Shown here one piece after another: positions 40,701 through 51,238 of a DNA stretch of 64,000 nt. The position numbers were made by a program, and so were the translations under genes. How positions within the stretch are numbered: the first letter of the stretch is position 1; each line of letters starts with the position of its first letter. Origin of the DNA: an uncultured Pseudomonadota bacterium (GTDB taxonomy: Bacteria; Pseudomonadota; Alphaproteobacteria; JACZXZ01); NCBI GenBank assembly GCA_963749075.1, contig CAVVLJ010000016.1:1248001-1312000 (forward strand), written 5' to 3'. The notes below the pieces were generated by a model that was not told the DNA's origin, searched no databases, and saw only the letters and a program-made list of their open reading frames with translations.

Positions 40701-40919
40701 AGCGACAAGCTGCCCGCGCCCGATGATTTGATCGTCACCTTGATGGAAGAAGCGAACCGCGCCGCCGCGAGCCGTGTCGTCATGCGAGTACCCAACGGCG
40801 GATTGCTCATCGGCATCCTGAACCAGCGGCGATTCTGGACGCAGAGTCGGGCGAGACTCTGTGGGCTACACATCCTCCGGCAATGCTTGGATGCCTTTCC
40901 TCTGGAAAAGAAATCGTGA
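37794..40919 (+). CDS. large amino (N6-adenine type) DNA methyltransferase, type IIG/N-6 DNA methylase-like, with C-terminal specificity region
   Basis: IPIGVLSQVYE, YYTP, motif I LDPACGAGIFL, GFD, motif IV FDVVVTNPPW; lower GC. Confidence 0.88.
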   Translation: MPGLNEQASAFGCPDLIHLAGEPTADNLEYLDLLSDRSESPLLPDAVAEFQGRPVMYLVDGGARLGRNEPAADAIRHLQQLLANRSEQSCLAVIRPGSLDVYPINLDRETLMKFQPRIIRANASDAPTFFQALAAGVLAPEGQPKEADFVFHEIHSLLARASEDLTGKLRPLEVLSVTGRALFFRFLLDRHIILEWERADICPKATELRDAFSNAEKAAATSCWLDETFNGDLLPLVSGLPADASADARLTAYRKFYRRADADTRKDVFLHLEAILRGWKSLGHLSFQPRLPRIDWNDLNFAHIPIGVLSQVYETFSRQWDPEHAEKTSIYYTPKNIARCLVDEAFAGLTDPAEAHALDPACGAGIFLVLTFRRLIRARWQKDGRRPDTRAIQRTLYSQLRGFDVSESALRLAALALYITAIELNGSPRPPKSLKFPSPLKDHVLFNFGRQLLDSQRGFVPGSLGPDVPRRFDGTFDVVVTNPPWSRLRASGKVNENAEIEKTQPGGLSREFTAITQRVLKARKLDDIARNYRNPDNNPDLPFVWRAAEWTKPGGIIAMALPGRVLFKQSEQGKAARAALLQGLAVTGIINGSNLPETAVWPKMKQPFMLFFARNAAAGPNHHFYFATPVRERKLNDRGLFRIDYQAAEPVAVKVVVEKPWLLKALAIGTSLDVEVMEGLNAAGWKTIGAFWNPPMLYCGKGYSLEPQRKGVPPEFLLDLPDFVAPDQEFSVNASKLETFKQKHGSIVPYQACDPRLYQPPLLAVPQSPGERRELPKSYRLRAKAVCFSQSYYGFSAAGHPDGEMLVSLLYLITNSLLFNYFCLMVSSRLGAERRTFIKVDLDAFPFPDPASLTSAQKRNILSLAEALETRSNKPWDVIDRFVFELYGLDDDDTTVVRDTLTVGSPYQSVRGPAELPPSGKEAGSFCSFLEDMIQPSFEVIGQRVSVEQLPAVRGRWDPPWRFVSVALKSDKLPAPDDLIVTLMEEANRAAASRVVMRVPNGGLLIGILNQRRFWTQSRARLCGLHILRQCLDAFPLEKKS

Positions 40920-41638
40920 GCGTCCCGGGCTTCTTCACCGCAGGCATCAGGTTCGAGTTACCCCATCCGTCTATAAACCCACGGCTGATCGTCATTGTCC
41001 ATGGCGTTGTCGAGCGCGGCTTGGAGCTGTTGCGAAATGACCCGCCAAAAGGTTTTGATCTGCAAACTGCAAAAGAAGACGCCATCACGTTCTATCTTCA
41101 CTGGGTCATTGAAAACCGACTCAGGCGCACCAAAGAAATTCCGGGATTCGACATGCGCACCTTTGGCCCAGTGTGGCGCGAACCGAAAGTGACGAACTTC
41201 GACCTGAAGCACCCTGACAAGATGCCGGACTTGGTCTTTACCTTTAGGCGCGAGTCGCTACCGATCCTTGGCACTCAGGATGGGTTCTTCGTTGAATGCA
41301 AGCCTGTGGACGACGCCCACGCGGCCGGTGAACACTACTGCGATAAGGGGCTTAGGCGATTCGTGAATGGCGACTACGCCTGGACGATGCAGGAGGCGAT
41401 GATGGTGGCCTATGTCCGTGGCGGTCGTTCCATCGGCAAAAGCCTTGTCCCTGCTCTCCACGCTAGACGCGAGGCTCTCAAGATTGTTGCCGACCCAACT
41501 CCCATCGACGGAAGCCCTGTCAGCACGAGAGCCGAGACACTATACGCCAGCACTCATGCCCGCGGTTTCCCTTGGCCGGACGGGAGAGGCTGTGCCTGCG
41601 ATATTCGCATTTTTCATTCTTGGTACTCCTGCTCGTGA
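40916..41638 (+). CDS. putative PD-(D/E)xK nuclease coupled to the methyltransferase
   Basis: GTGA overlap with MTase stop; EDAIT...KMPDLVF...FFVECK...YCDKGLRRFVNGDYA. Confidence 0.7.
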   Translation: MSVPGFFTAGIRFELPHPSINPRLIVIVHGVVERGLELLRNDPPKGFDLQTAKEDAITFYLHWVIENRLRRTKEIPGFDMRTFGPVWREPKVTNFDLKHPDKMPDLVFTFRRESLPILGTQDGFFVECKPVDDAHAAGEHYCDKGLRRFVNGDYAWTMQEAMMVAYVRGGRSIGKSLVPALHARREALKIVADPTPIDGSPVSTRAETLYASTHARGFPWPDGRGCACDIRIFHSWYSCS

Positions 41639-41729
41639 TATGGGGTCCTTCCAAGTATATGATAAAGGACACTTTCATATAGAGGGGCAGGGCGCGGCCA
41701 CCCAGGAAGGCTACGCAGCCTAGACAACC

Positions 41730-41960
41730 TTAGTCGTTCATCCCTCGGAAAATGAGAGGTCCCCACTCCCAGCGGTTCGCACCATAGGGAGTCAGCTGAT
41801 TTGCCGGAATAGAGACCCTCGTCGGATTGCCTACGGCTGAGGGCAGCTCCACCTCCACATCGGGGCCGTTTATAGCGACCGCCGTACCCTGGGCCGACAG
41901 CGGTCCGGAGCTACCAGGCAGGTTGACCTGGACAATTACGGTATCGCCTTGTTGTGGCAC
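41730..41960 (-). CDS. small hypothetical protein (beta-rich, 76 aa)
   Basis: GGAGGA RBS before GTG; no overlap with other called genes; lower GC. Confidence 0.5.
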   Translation of the reverse strand: MPQQGDTVIVQVNLPGSSGPLSAQGTAVAINGPDVEVELPSAVGNPTRVSIPANQLTPYGANRWEWGPLIFRGMND

Positions 41961-42280
41961 GGGCGTCCTCCATCATTCACCGTGGCGCCTGGGCTGAATT
42001 CATCGCGGAACTGCGACAGCTCTGGGCTCGCGCGCTTGTCTGGGACCCGGCGAGTCGTCGCCATTTGGCCCACGAAATCCTTCCTCTGTCGAGTCGACAT
42101 CGCCGCGACCCCTTAATTGACTTGCCGCCCCTTGTGGGCAATTCCTGCGCGAGGGCCGCGCGCTTGTAGCCCCCCGTCGGCTAGGCTAAGCTCCTGCTCG
42201 CAGGGCGAGAACAAGGGCCGGTTTTGCGGCCGAAAATGACCGCTCTGGGGCGAGGCGCTCGCGAACTGGGAGAGGGGATC

Positions 42281-43804
42281 ATGCTGAAGAGACTGGCACT
42301 CGCCGGCATTCCGGCGCTCGCGGCGTTCCTGCTCGGCGGCGCGCCGGCAGAGGCAGGCAAGGCCGACGACACCCTCAACATCGCCTGGGACCAGCCGCTC
42401 GACAACGCGGACGCCTATTTCAACACCAACCGCGAAGGCATCCTATTCGCGCGCATGGTGTGGGATCAGCTCATCGAGCGCGATCCGGTCACCTTCGAGT
42501 ACAAGCCCGAGCTCGCCACCGCCTGGCGCTGGATCGACGACGTGACCCTCGAGTTCGACCTGCGCAAGGGCGTGCAGTTCCAGGACGGCCAGCCCTTCGA
42601 CGCCGACGACGTGGTCTATACCCTCAATTTCGTCATCGACCCGGCCAACAAGGTGCTCAACACCACCAACGTCGGCTGGATCAAGAACGCCGAGAAGATC
42701 GATCCCTTCAAGGTGCGCCTCCACCTCAAGGCGCCCTTTCCTGCTGCCCTCGAATATATCGCCGGGCCCATCCCGATCTATCCCCACGTCTATTACGCCA
42801 AGGTCGGACCCGACGGCATGGGGAAGAAGCCGATCGGCAGCGGCCCCTACATGGTGGCAGCGCTCGAGCCCGGCAAGTCGGCGACTTTCGTCAAGAACCC
42901 CCACTATTGGGAGGGCAGCCCCAAGGGCAAGCCCAAGATCGGCAAGATCGTCATGCGCACGATTCCCGAGAAGACGACGCAGATGGCCGAGCTGCTCTCC
43001 GGCGGCATCGACTGGATGTGGTACGTGCCGACCGACCAGATCGACAACATCCGCAAGGTGAAGGGCCTCTCGGCCGTCGACGGCGAGACCATGCGCTCGG
43101 GCTACATCTTCTTCGACGCGGCCGGCCGCTCCGGCAAATCGCCCCTCCAGGACGTGCGCGTGCGCCGCGCCATCGCCCACGCCGTCAACCGCGAGGAATA
43201 CACCAAGACCTTCTTCGCCCCCTCCGCCCACGTGCTCAAGGCGCCCTGCTTCCCCACCCAGTTCGGCTGCTACCAGGGTGCCGCGCAGTACGACTTCGAC
43301 CTCGCCAAGGCCAAGGCGCTGATGAAGGAGGCCGGCTACGAGAAGGGCTTCGATACCCAGCTCTACTCCTTCCGCGATCCGCGCACCTGGGAGACCTCGC
43401 TCGCCGGCTACATGAGTGCCATCGGCGTGCGCGCCAATATCCAGCACCTGCAATACCCCACCTTCCGCAACAAGAACCACGAGGGGGTGACGCCGATCTC
43501 CTTCGGCGACTGGGGCTCCTATTCGATCAACGACGCCTCCGCCATCCTGGGCAATTTCTTCACCGGCTCGCCCGACGACTTCACCGGCGACAAGGAGCTC
43601 GAAGGCTGGGTGCACGAGGCCGACACCAGCCCGGACCCCAAGAAGCGCGAGGAGCTCTACAAGAAGGCCGTCGAGCGCATCATGGACCAGATGTACATGC
43701 TGCCGCTCAATTCCTACGCCATCTATTACGCCTTCACGAGCGAGCTCGACTTCACCCCCTACAAGGACGAGATACCGCGCTATTACCTCTACGGGTGGAA
43801 GTAA
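42281..43804 (+). CDS. peptide/nickel ABC transporter substrate-binding protein (family 5)
   Basis: Signal peptide, PELATAW, LRKGVQFQDG, PIGSGPY, VRRAIAHAVNR. Confidence 0.93.
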   Translation: MLKRLALAGIPALAAFLLGGAPAEAGKADDTLNIAWDQPLDNADAYFNTNREGILFARMVWDQLIERDPVTFEYKPELATAWRWIDDVTLEFDLRKGVQFQDGQPFDADDVVYTLNFVIDPANKVLNTTNVGWIKNAEKIDPFKVRLHLKAPFPAALEYIAGPIPIYPHVYYAKVGPDGMGKKPIGSGPYMVAALEPGKSATFVKNPHYWEGSPKGKPKIGKIVMRTIPEKTTQMAELLSGGIDWMWYVPTDQIDNIRKVKGLSAVDGETMRSGYIFFDAAGRSGKSPLQDVRVRRAIAHAVNREEYTKTFFAPSAHVLKAPCFPTQFGCYQGAAQYDFDLAKAKALMKEAGYEKGFDTQLYSFRDPRTWETSLAGYMSAIGVRANIQHLQYPTFRNKNHEGVTPISFGDWGSYSINDASAILGNFFTGSPDDFTGDKELEGWVHEADTSPDPKKREELYKKAVERIMDQMYMLPLNSYAIYYAFTSELDFTPYKDEIPRYYLYGWK

Positions 43805-43824
43805 GTCGCACGCCGGCAAGATTG

Positions 43825-43862
43825 CCCCTCCCCCCTTGAGGGGGAGGGCTGGGGTGGGGGGT
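43825..43862. repeat. single REP-like hairpin (same family as 31294-31397)
   Basis: CCCCTCCCCCCTTGAGGGGGAGGG...GGGTGGGGG between SBP and permease genes. Confidence 0.7.
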
Positions 43863-43880
43863 AAGGCGGGGTAGAGCTAG

Positions 43881-44798
43881 GTGCTCGTCTATTTTCTCAA
43901 GCGCAGCCTGGTAGCGGTCCTGGTCGCGATCACGGTCTCGATCATCAGCTTCATGCTGCTGCACCTCTCGGGCGACCTCGCCCAGGCGCTCGCCGGCCCC
44001 TCGGCCACGGCGGCCAACGTGGCACAGGTGCGCAAGTCCTACGGCCTCGACCGACCGCTCGCCGTGCAGTACCTCGAATGGGCGAAGAAGGCGCTGCACG
44101 GCGACTTCGGCGAATCCTTCTTCGACAAGGAGCCGGTCTTCCAGCTGATCGCGGATCGCCTGCCGATCACCCTCTCGCTCGGCACGGCCGCCCTGGCACT
44201 CGCCCTCCTCACCGCGATCCCGCTCGGCATCCTCGCCGCGGTCAGGCCGAACTCCTGGCTCGACCGGCTGGCCTTGACGCTCTCGGTCTTCGGCCAGGCG
44301 CTGCCGAGCTTCTGGTTCGGCCTCCTCCTCATGATCTTCTTCGGGCTCAAGCTGCGCTGGCTGCCGGTCTCCGGCACGGGCGGCTGGCGCTATTACGTGA
44401 TGCCCGCGATCACGCTCGCCTATTACGCCATGCCGGCCTTCATGCGGCTCACGCGCACCGGCATGATGGAGGTGCTCGCCTCCGACTACATCCGCACCGC
44501 GCGCGCCAAGGGCCTGAGTACGGCGCGCGTGCTCTTCAAGCACGCGCTGAGGAACGCCATCATCCCGGTGGTCGCCGTCGCGGCCGTGCAGTTCGGCTTC
44601 CTCCTCGGCGGCTCGATCGTGGTCGAGAGCGTGTTCTCGCTCCACGGCGTCGGCTATCTCGGCTGGGAGGCGATCAGCCGCGCCGATTTCCCGGTCGTGC
44701 AGGCGATCGTGCTCGTGCTCGCCGGCATCTACGTGGTGCTGACGCTCCTGGCCGACCTGCTCAACGCCTTCCTCGATCCCCGCGTGCGGGTCCATTGA
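43881..44798 (+). CDS. peptide ABC transporter permease (DppB-like)
   Basis: GLDRPLAVQY, GDFGES, DYIRTARAKG, HALRNA. Confidence 0.93.
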   Translation: MLVYFLKRSLVAVLVAITVSIISFMLLHLSGDLAQALAGPSATAANVAQVRKSYGLDRPLAVQYLEWAKKALHGDFGESFFDKEPVFQLIADRLPITLSLGTAALALALLTAIPLGILAAVRPNSWLDRLALTLSVFGQALPSFWFGLLLMIFFGLKLRWLPVSGTGGWRYYVMPAITLAYYAMPAFMRLTRTGMMEVLASDYIRTARAKGLSTARVLFKHALRNAIIPVVAVAAVQFGFLLGGSIVVESVFSLHGVGYLGWEAISRADFPVVQAIVLVLAGIYVVLTLLADLLNAFLDPRVRVH

Positions 44799-44810
44799 GA
44801 TGCCGCGGCC

Positions 44811-45706
44811 ATGAGCGTCGACAGCCTCATCACCCTCGGCGAAGTCCTGCGGCCCAACGCGGCGGCACTCCTCGGCCGCCGCATCCTCGGCCACCGCACC
44901 TTCGTCTTCGGCGCGGGCACGCTCGCCTTCATCCTCGCCGTGGCCATTCTCGCCCCCTGGCTTGCCCCTCACGACCCCTACGCCCAGGCGCTCAGCCAGC
45001 GCCTCATCCCGCCCATCTGGCACGACAAGGGCAGCTGGGATCACATCCTCGGCACCGACCAGCTCGGACGCGACTATCTCTCCCGCCTCATCTACGGCTC
45101 GCGCATCTCGCTCCTCATCGGCACCGCGGCGATGACCATGTCCGGGCTCATCGGCGTCACGCTTGGGCTCGTGGCCGGCTATTTCGGCGGACGCGCCGAC
45201 CTCGTCATCAATTTCATCGTCACCACGCGCCTCGCCATGCCGATCATCCTCGTGGCGCTCGCCGTGGCGGCGCTCGCGGGGAGCTCGCTCGAGAACGTGA
45301 TCCTGGTGCTGGGGCTCCTCCTTTGGGACCGCTTCGCGGTGGTGACGCGGAGCGTCACCATCCAGGTCCGCGCCCTCGATTACGTGGCGGCGGCGCGCGC
45401 GGTCGGCTGCTCCGCCTTGCGCGTGGTGGCGAGCGAGATCCTCCCCAACGTTCTCAACGCGATCATCGTGGTGGCGACCCTCGAGATGGCGAACGCCATC
45501 CTCCTCGAGGCGGCCCTCTCCTTCCTCGGCCTCGGCGTGCCCTCGCCGCTGCCCTCGTGGGGGCTGATGATCGCCGAGGGCAAGGAGTACATGTTCTTCA
45601 GCCCGTGGGTGATCACCATCCCGGGCGTCGCCCTCTTCACGCTCGTGCTGGCGATCAACCTGCTCGGCGACGGCGTGCGCGATCTCACGGCGCCGGAGAA
45701 CCGCGC

Positions 45707-45710
<4 letters not shown>
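44811..45710 (+). CDS. peptide ABC transporter permease (DppC-like)
   Basis: HILGTDQLGRD, EAALSFLGLG, PSWG, NLLGDGVRD. Confidence 0.93.
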
Positions 45711-46711
<1,001 letters not shown>

Positions 46712-46715
<4 letters not shown>

Positions 46716-47686
46716 CGGCACCCGTCATCGAGGCGCGCGAGGTGGAGCGCCGCTTCTGGCTCCCGGCCGGCCTCTTCAGGGCAGAACGCGCGCTCCGCGC
46801 CGTGCGCGGCGTCAGCCTGAGCCTCGCGCGCGGCGAGGTGCTCGGGCTCGTCGGCGAGTCCGGCTGCGGCAAGTCGACGCTGGCGCGCATGCTCTTGGGC
46901 CTCTTGCCGCCCTCGAGCGGCACCATCCTCTTCGACGGCACGCCGATTGAGCACCTCGGCAGCACAGCACTCGCGCGCCGCGTGCAGCCCGTGTTCCAGG
47001 ACCCCTATTCCTCCCTCAACCCGCGGAAGTCGATCGGCGCCATCATCGCCTTGCCCTTGCGCGTGCACGGCCTCGGCGACGCCCGCGAGCGGCGGCTGAA
47101 GGTGGCGGAGATCATGGAGCGCGTCGGGCTGCCGGAGCGGCTCTCCCGCAGCTATCCCGGCCAGCTCTCGGGCGGCCAGCGCCAGCGCGTGGCGATCGCC
47201 CGCGCGCTCGTCATGCGGCCCGAGGTGGTGATCTGCGACGAGCCGACCTCGGCGCTCAACGTCTCCGTGCAGTCCCAGATCCTCAACCTCCTCCAGGACC
47301 TGCAGAAGGAGCTCAACCTCACCTATGTGGTGATCAGCCACAACCTCGCCGTGGTCCAGCATCTGGCGACGCGCGTCGCGGTCATGTATCTCGGCCGCAT
47401 CGTCGAGGAGAACGAGACGCTTGAGCTCTTCCGCGCGCCGCGCCATCCCTATACGAGAGCGCTCCTCGCCTCGGTGCTGACGCCCGAGCCGGGGCTCGGC
47501 GTCCCCGACACCCATCTCGGCACCGCCTTTCCCAACCCCCTTGATCCGCCGCCCGGATGCAGCTTTCATCCGCGCTGCGTCCATGCCATGGCGCTCTGCC
47601 GCGAGCGCGCGCCCGAGCGCCGGCAGGTGGACGGCGGCACGTTGGAATGCCATCTCTATGATGCGGAGCCCGGCTCGGCCCCTTAG
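46712..47686 (+). CDS. peptide ABC transporter ATPase (DppF-like)
   Basis: GTGA overlap; GESGCGKS, LSGGQRQR, DEPTSAL, GCSFHPRC. Confidence 0.92.
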
Positions 47687-47725
47687 GACGGGCGGAGCGC
47701 GCGAATTGGGAAAAGGACGCACGCC

Positions 47726-49213
47726 ATGGCGACCCCTGCCTCGAGCCAGCCCGACCTCGTCATCCGCTCGGCCCTCCTGATCGACGGCACGGGCAAGCCC
47801 GCGACCCTCGGCGATCTTGCCGTCACGGACGACCGCATCACGGCGGTCGGCGCCCTCGGCGCGCTCAAGGGCGGGGTGGAGATCGCCGCAGAGGGCAAGG
47901 CCCTCGCACCCGGCTTCATCGACGTGCATACCCACGACGACCGAGCCCTCCTCTCCGACCCGCTCATGGCCTGCAAGGTGAGCCAGGGTGTCACCACCGT
48001 GGTGGCGGGAAACTGCGGCGTGAGCCTCGCCCCGCTCAGGATCGGGCGCCGCCCGCCGCCGCCGCTCGACCTCCTGGCCGAGGAGCCGGGGCAATTCTAC
48101 GGGAACTTCGGCGACTATCTCGACGCCCTCGACGCCTCGCCGCCGGCGCTCAATGCCGCCTGCCAGGTCGGCCACTCGACGCTGCGCGTGGGTGCCATGG
48201 ACCGGCTGGACCGCGCGGCCAGCCCCGCCGAGATCCTCGTCATGCGCCGGCGCCTCGAGGAGTCGCTCGAGGCCGGCGCCATCGGCTTCTCGACCGGCCT
48301 GTGGTACGACCCCGCGGCCGCCGCTCCGACTTCGGAGGTGATCGAGATCGCGCGGGCGCTCAAGCCGCTCGGCGCCATTCACACGACGCACATGCGCGAC
48401 GAATCTGCGCACGTCATCGACTCCCTCGAGGAGACCTTCGCCATCGGCCGCGAGGCCGAGGTGCCGGTGGTGATCTCCCACCACAAGGTGAGCGGCCTCT
48501 CCAACCACGGCCGCACCCGCGAGACGCTCGCCCTCATCGAGAAGGCCAGGCGGCAGCAGCCGCTCGGCCTCGACGTCTATCCCTATGTCGCGGGCTCGAC
48601 CGTGCTACGAACCGCCCGCCTCGAGGAGGCGAGCCGGGTGATCGTCACCTGGTCGCGCCCGCACCCCGAGTTCGCCGGCCGGGACCTGAGCGTCATCGCC
48701 GATCAGCTCGGCTGCAGCATGGCGGAGGCGGCGGCCCGGCTGCAGCCGGGAGGTGCCATCTATTTCATGATGGACGAGGCCAACGTGCGCCGCGTGCTGA
48801 GCTATCCCTATGCCATGATCGGCTCCGACGGCTTGCCGCACGACGAGCACCCGCACCCGCGCCTCTGGGGAACCTTTCCGCGCGTCCTCGGCCATTACGT
48901 GCGCCACGTCGGCCTCTTCACCCTCGAGGAGGCGATCAGGCGCATGACGAGCCTGCCGGCCGCCAAGTTCGGGCTCACGGGGCGCGGCATCCTGCGCCCC
49001 GGCGCCTACGCGGACCTGGTGCTCTTCGATCCCAAGACGATCGTCGACCGGGCGAGTTTCGAGAAACCCAAGGTGCCCGCGGCCGGCATCGAGCTCGTCA
49101 TGGTCAACGGCAGCGCCGTGTGGCGCGACGGCAAGCCGAGCGGCGCCCGCCCGGGCCGCGCGCTCCGCTTGGGCACTCTCGGCCCCATGGGCGGCGATAC
49201 GCTGGCCTATTAG
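47726..49213 (+). CDS. N-acyl-D-amino-acid deacylase (D-aminoacylase)
   Basis: PGFIDVHTHDD, GVTTVVAGNCG, HMRDE, ISHHK, IGSDG, HPRLWGTFPR. Confidence 0.92.
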   Translation: MATPASSQPDLVIRSALLIDGTGKPATLGDLAVTDDRITAVGALGALKGGVEIAAEGKALAPGFIDVHTHDDRALLSDPLMACKVSQGVTTVVAGNCGVSLAPLRIGRRPPPPLDLLAEEPGQFYGNFGDYLDALDASPPALNAACQVGHSTLRVGAMDRLDRAASPAEILVMRRRLEESLEAGAIGFSTGLWYDPAAAAPTSEVIEIARALKPLGAIHTTHMRDESAHVIDSLEETFAIGREAEVPVVISHHKVSGLSNHGRTRETLALIEKARRQQPLGLDVYPYVAGSTVLRTARLEEASRVIVTWSRPHPEFAGRDLSVIADQLGCSMAEAAARLQPGGAIYFMMDEANVRRVLSYPYAMIGSDGLPHDEHPHPRLWGTFPRVLGHYVRHVGLFTLEEAIRRMTSLPAAKFGLTGRGILRPGAYADLVLFDPKTIVDRASFEKPKVPAAGIELVMVNGSAVWRDGKPSGARPGRALRLGTLGPMGGDTLAY

Positions 49214-49229
49214 TGGCTTGCTCCTTGCT

Positions 49230-49318
49230 TCGTCATGCCCGCGCAAGTGGGCATCCAGGATCGGCACAGCCGAATGTTACCGTAAATTCCTGGACACCCG
49301 CTTTCGCGGGTGTGACGA
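49230..49318. repeat. palindromic element of the GTCATNCCCGCG...GGG..TCCA / TGGA..CCCGC...GCGGG..TGAC family
   Basis: 49231-49260 and 49288-49317 are imperfect inverted repeats. Confidence 0.75.
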
Positions 49319-49376
49319 CAATGGAAAAGGGCGTGCAGCGGTTGATCTTCCCGTCCAGTACTGAGGCCGATATCAG

Positions 49377-50852
49377 ATGACGAAGCGCGTGCTCATCGCC
49401 TCGATCATGCACGAGACGAACACCTTCAGCCGTATGGCCACGGACCTCGACGCCTTCAACCGCCGCTACGACCATCGCGGCGAGGCGGTGCCCAAGGCCT
49501 TCCGCGGCACGCGCACGGAGATGGGCGCCTTCCTCGACGCCGCGGAAAGCTGCGGCTGGCGGCTCAGTCATCCGGTTGCCGCGGCGGCGACGCCGTCGGG
49601 CACCGTCACCGCGGAGGCCTGGGCGGAGCTCAGCGGCGCCGTGCTGGCCGCCCTCGAGCCGCCGCCCGACGGCATTCTTCTCGCCCTTCACGGCGCCATG
49701 GTGAGCGAGACGGCGGACGATGCCGAGGGCGATCTCCTCGCGCGCATCCGCGAAAAGGTGGGCCCGCGCGTGCCGATCGCAGTGACCCTCGACCTCCACG
49801 CCAACGTGAGCGAGCGCATGGCCGAGCACGCCAACGTCATCACCGCCTACCGCACCTACCCCCACGTCGACATGTACGAGTGCGGCCGGCAGGCGGCGGA
49901 TCTCCTCGCGCGCGCCATGGCCGGCGAGATCCGGCCGCGCACGGCAGTGGCGCGCCGGGCGACCCTCGACGGGCTCGACCACGGCCGCACCACCTCGCCC
50001 GGGCCCATGCGCGACATGCTGGCGCGCGCGGCCGCCCTCGAGAAGGCGCCCGGCATATTCGTCGTGAGCGTGCACGCCGGCTTCGGCTGGGCCAACATCC
50101 GCGAGGCCGGGCCCTCGATCTCGGTGAGCGGCGAGCGCGATGCGGCGGAGCTCCGGGCGATCGCGGACGGCTTGATGGAGGAGGTCTGGCAGCGCCGCAG
50201 GGAGACCACGCTCAAGCTCCTCACGCTCCCCGAGGCCATGGCCGCTGCGCTGGCGCCCGACCATTCCGGCAAGCCGCTCGTGCTTGCCGACTTAACGGAC
50301 AATCCCGGCGGCGGCGGCTACGGCGATGCCACCAATCTCCTCCGCGCCATGGTCGAGGCCGGCATCGCCAATGCCGCCTTCGCGCCGATCAGCGACGGTG
50401 CCGCCGTGCGGCAATGCCAGGCGGCCGGCAAAGGGTCCACGCTCACCCTAGCCGTGGGCGGCAAGATCGACCCGCGCTTCGGCGCCCCCCTCGAGCTGAC
50501 CGGCACCGTCGAGCGCCTCGGCGACGGCGACTTCGTCTGCGACGGCCCCATGTGGAAGGGCCTCAAGATGTCGATGGGACCCTCCGCCGTGCTGCGCTCG
50601 GGCGGCATCGACATCGTGCTCGCGACCAACCGCTTCCAGATCACCGACCTGGAGCACTTCCTCTCGCTCGGCATCGAGCCGCGGCAAAAATCCGTCTTGG
50701 CGCTCAAGTCGGCGCAGCACTTCCGCGCCGCCTACGCGCCGATCGCGCGCGACATCCTCACCGTCGACTCAGGTGCCTTGACCACGCCCGACTATCGCCG
50801 CTTCACCTACCGCAAGCTGCGGCGGCCGATCTGGCCGCTCGACGAGCCGTAG
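49377..50852 (+). CDS. M81-family metallopeptidase (MlrC-like)
   Basis: HETNTFS, LHGAMV, DLHAN, YPHVD, DNPGGG, KSAQHFRA, RRPIWPLD. Confidence 0.92.
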   Translation: MTKRVLIASIMHETNTFSRMATDLDAFNRRYDHRGEAVPKAFRGTRTEMGAFLDAAESCGWRLSHPVAAAATPSGTVTAEAWAELSGAVLAALEPPPDGILLALHGAMVSETADDAEGDLLARIREKVGPRVPIAVTLDLHANVSERMAEHANVITAYRTYPHVDMYECGRQAADLLARAMAGEIRPRTAVARRATLDGLDHGRTTSPGPMRDMLARAAALEKAPGIFVVSVHAGFGWANIREAGPSISVSGERDAAELRAIADGLMEEVWQRRRETTLKLLTLPEAMAAALAPDHSGKPLVLADLTDNPGGGGYGDATNLLRAMVEAGIANAAFAPISDGAAVRQCQAAGKGSTLTLAVGGKIDPRFGAPLELTGTVERLGDGDFVCDGPMWKGLKMSMGPSAVLRSGGIDIVLATNRFQITDLEHFLSLGIEPRQKSVLALKSAQHFRAAYAPIARDILTVDSGALTTPDYRRFTYRKLRRPIWPLDEP

Positions 50853-50967
50853 CGCGGGGCCGCCGCGGGCCGGTCACCATAGCTTCACGGAACCGCCAGC
50901 ACGGCTGCAATCGTGACCGCCTATCCATGGCGGGCGGTCACCTTCATCAGCACGAGAGGAAACGGCC

Positions 50968-51201
50968 ATGAAGAACTCCGACAAGCTCGCCGAGCACCAC
51001 AGCACCGCCGCCCATCACCACGAGCTCGCCGCCGAGCATCACCGCCACGCCGCCGAGCACCACAAGAACGACGACCACGAGAAGGCGGCGCATCACGCGC
51101 ATGTCGCCCACGGCCATCACCTCCACGCGGCCCACCACGCCGGAGAGGCGGGCAAGCTTCACGCCGAGCACCACAGCCAGGAAGCGAGCGAGGAGGACTA
51201 G
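50968..51201 (+). CDS. small histidine-rich protein
   Basis: GAGAGG RBS; 23 His in 77 aa, in AxxHH helical repeats. Confidence 0.8.
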   Translation: MKNSDKLAEHHSTAAHHHELAAEHHRHAAEHHKNDDHEKAAHHAHVAHGHHLHAAHHAGEAGKLHAEHHSQEASEED

Positions 51202-51238
51202 ACGGCCAGACGGGACGGCCCGCCGGGGACAGCGGCAC

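Noticed and set aside
37285-42280. tRNA/att sites, integrase or terminal repeats bounding the methyltransferase island
   Set aside because: None recognisable by eye; island status rests on composition and gene content only
50889-50915. Possible EcfG general-stress promoter upstream of the His-rich gene
   Set aside because: GGAAC is present, but spacing (N18) and -10 (CGTG) deviate from consensus
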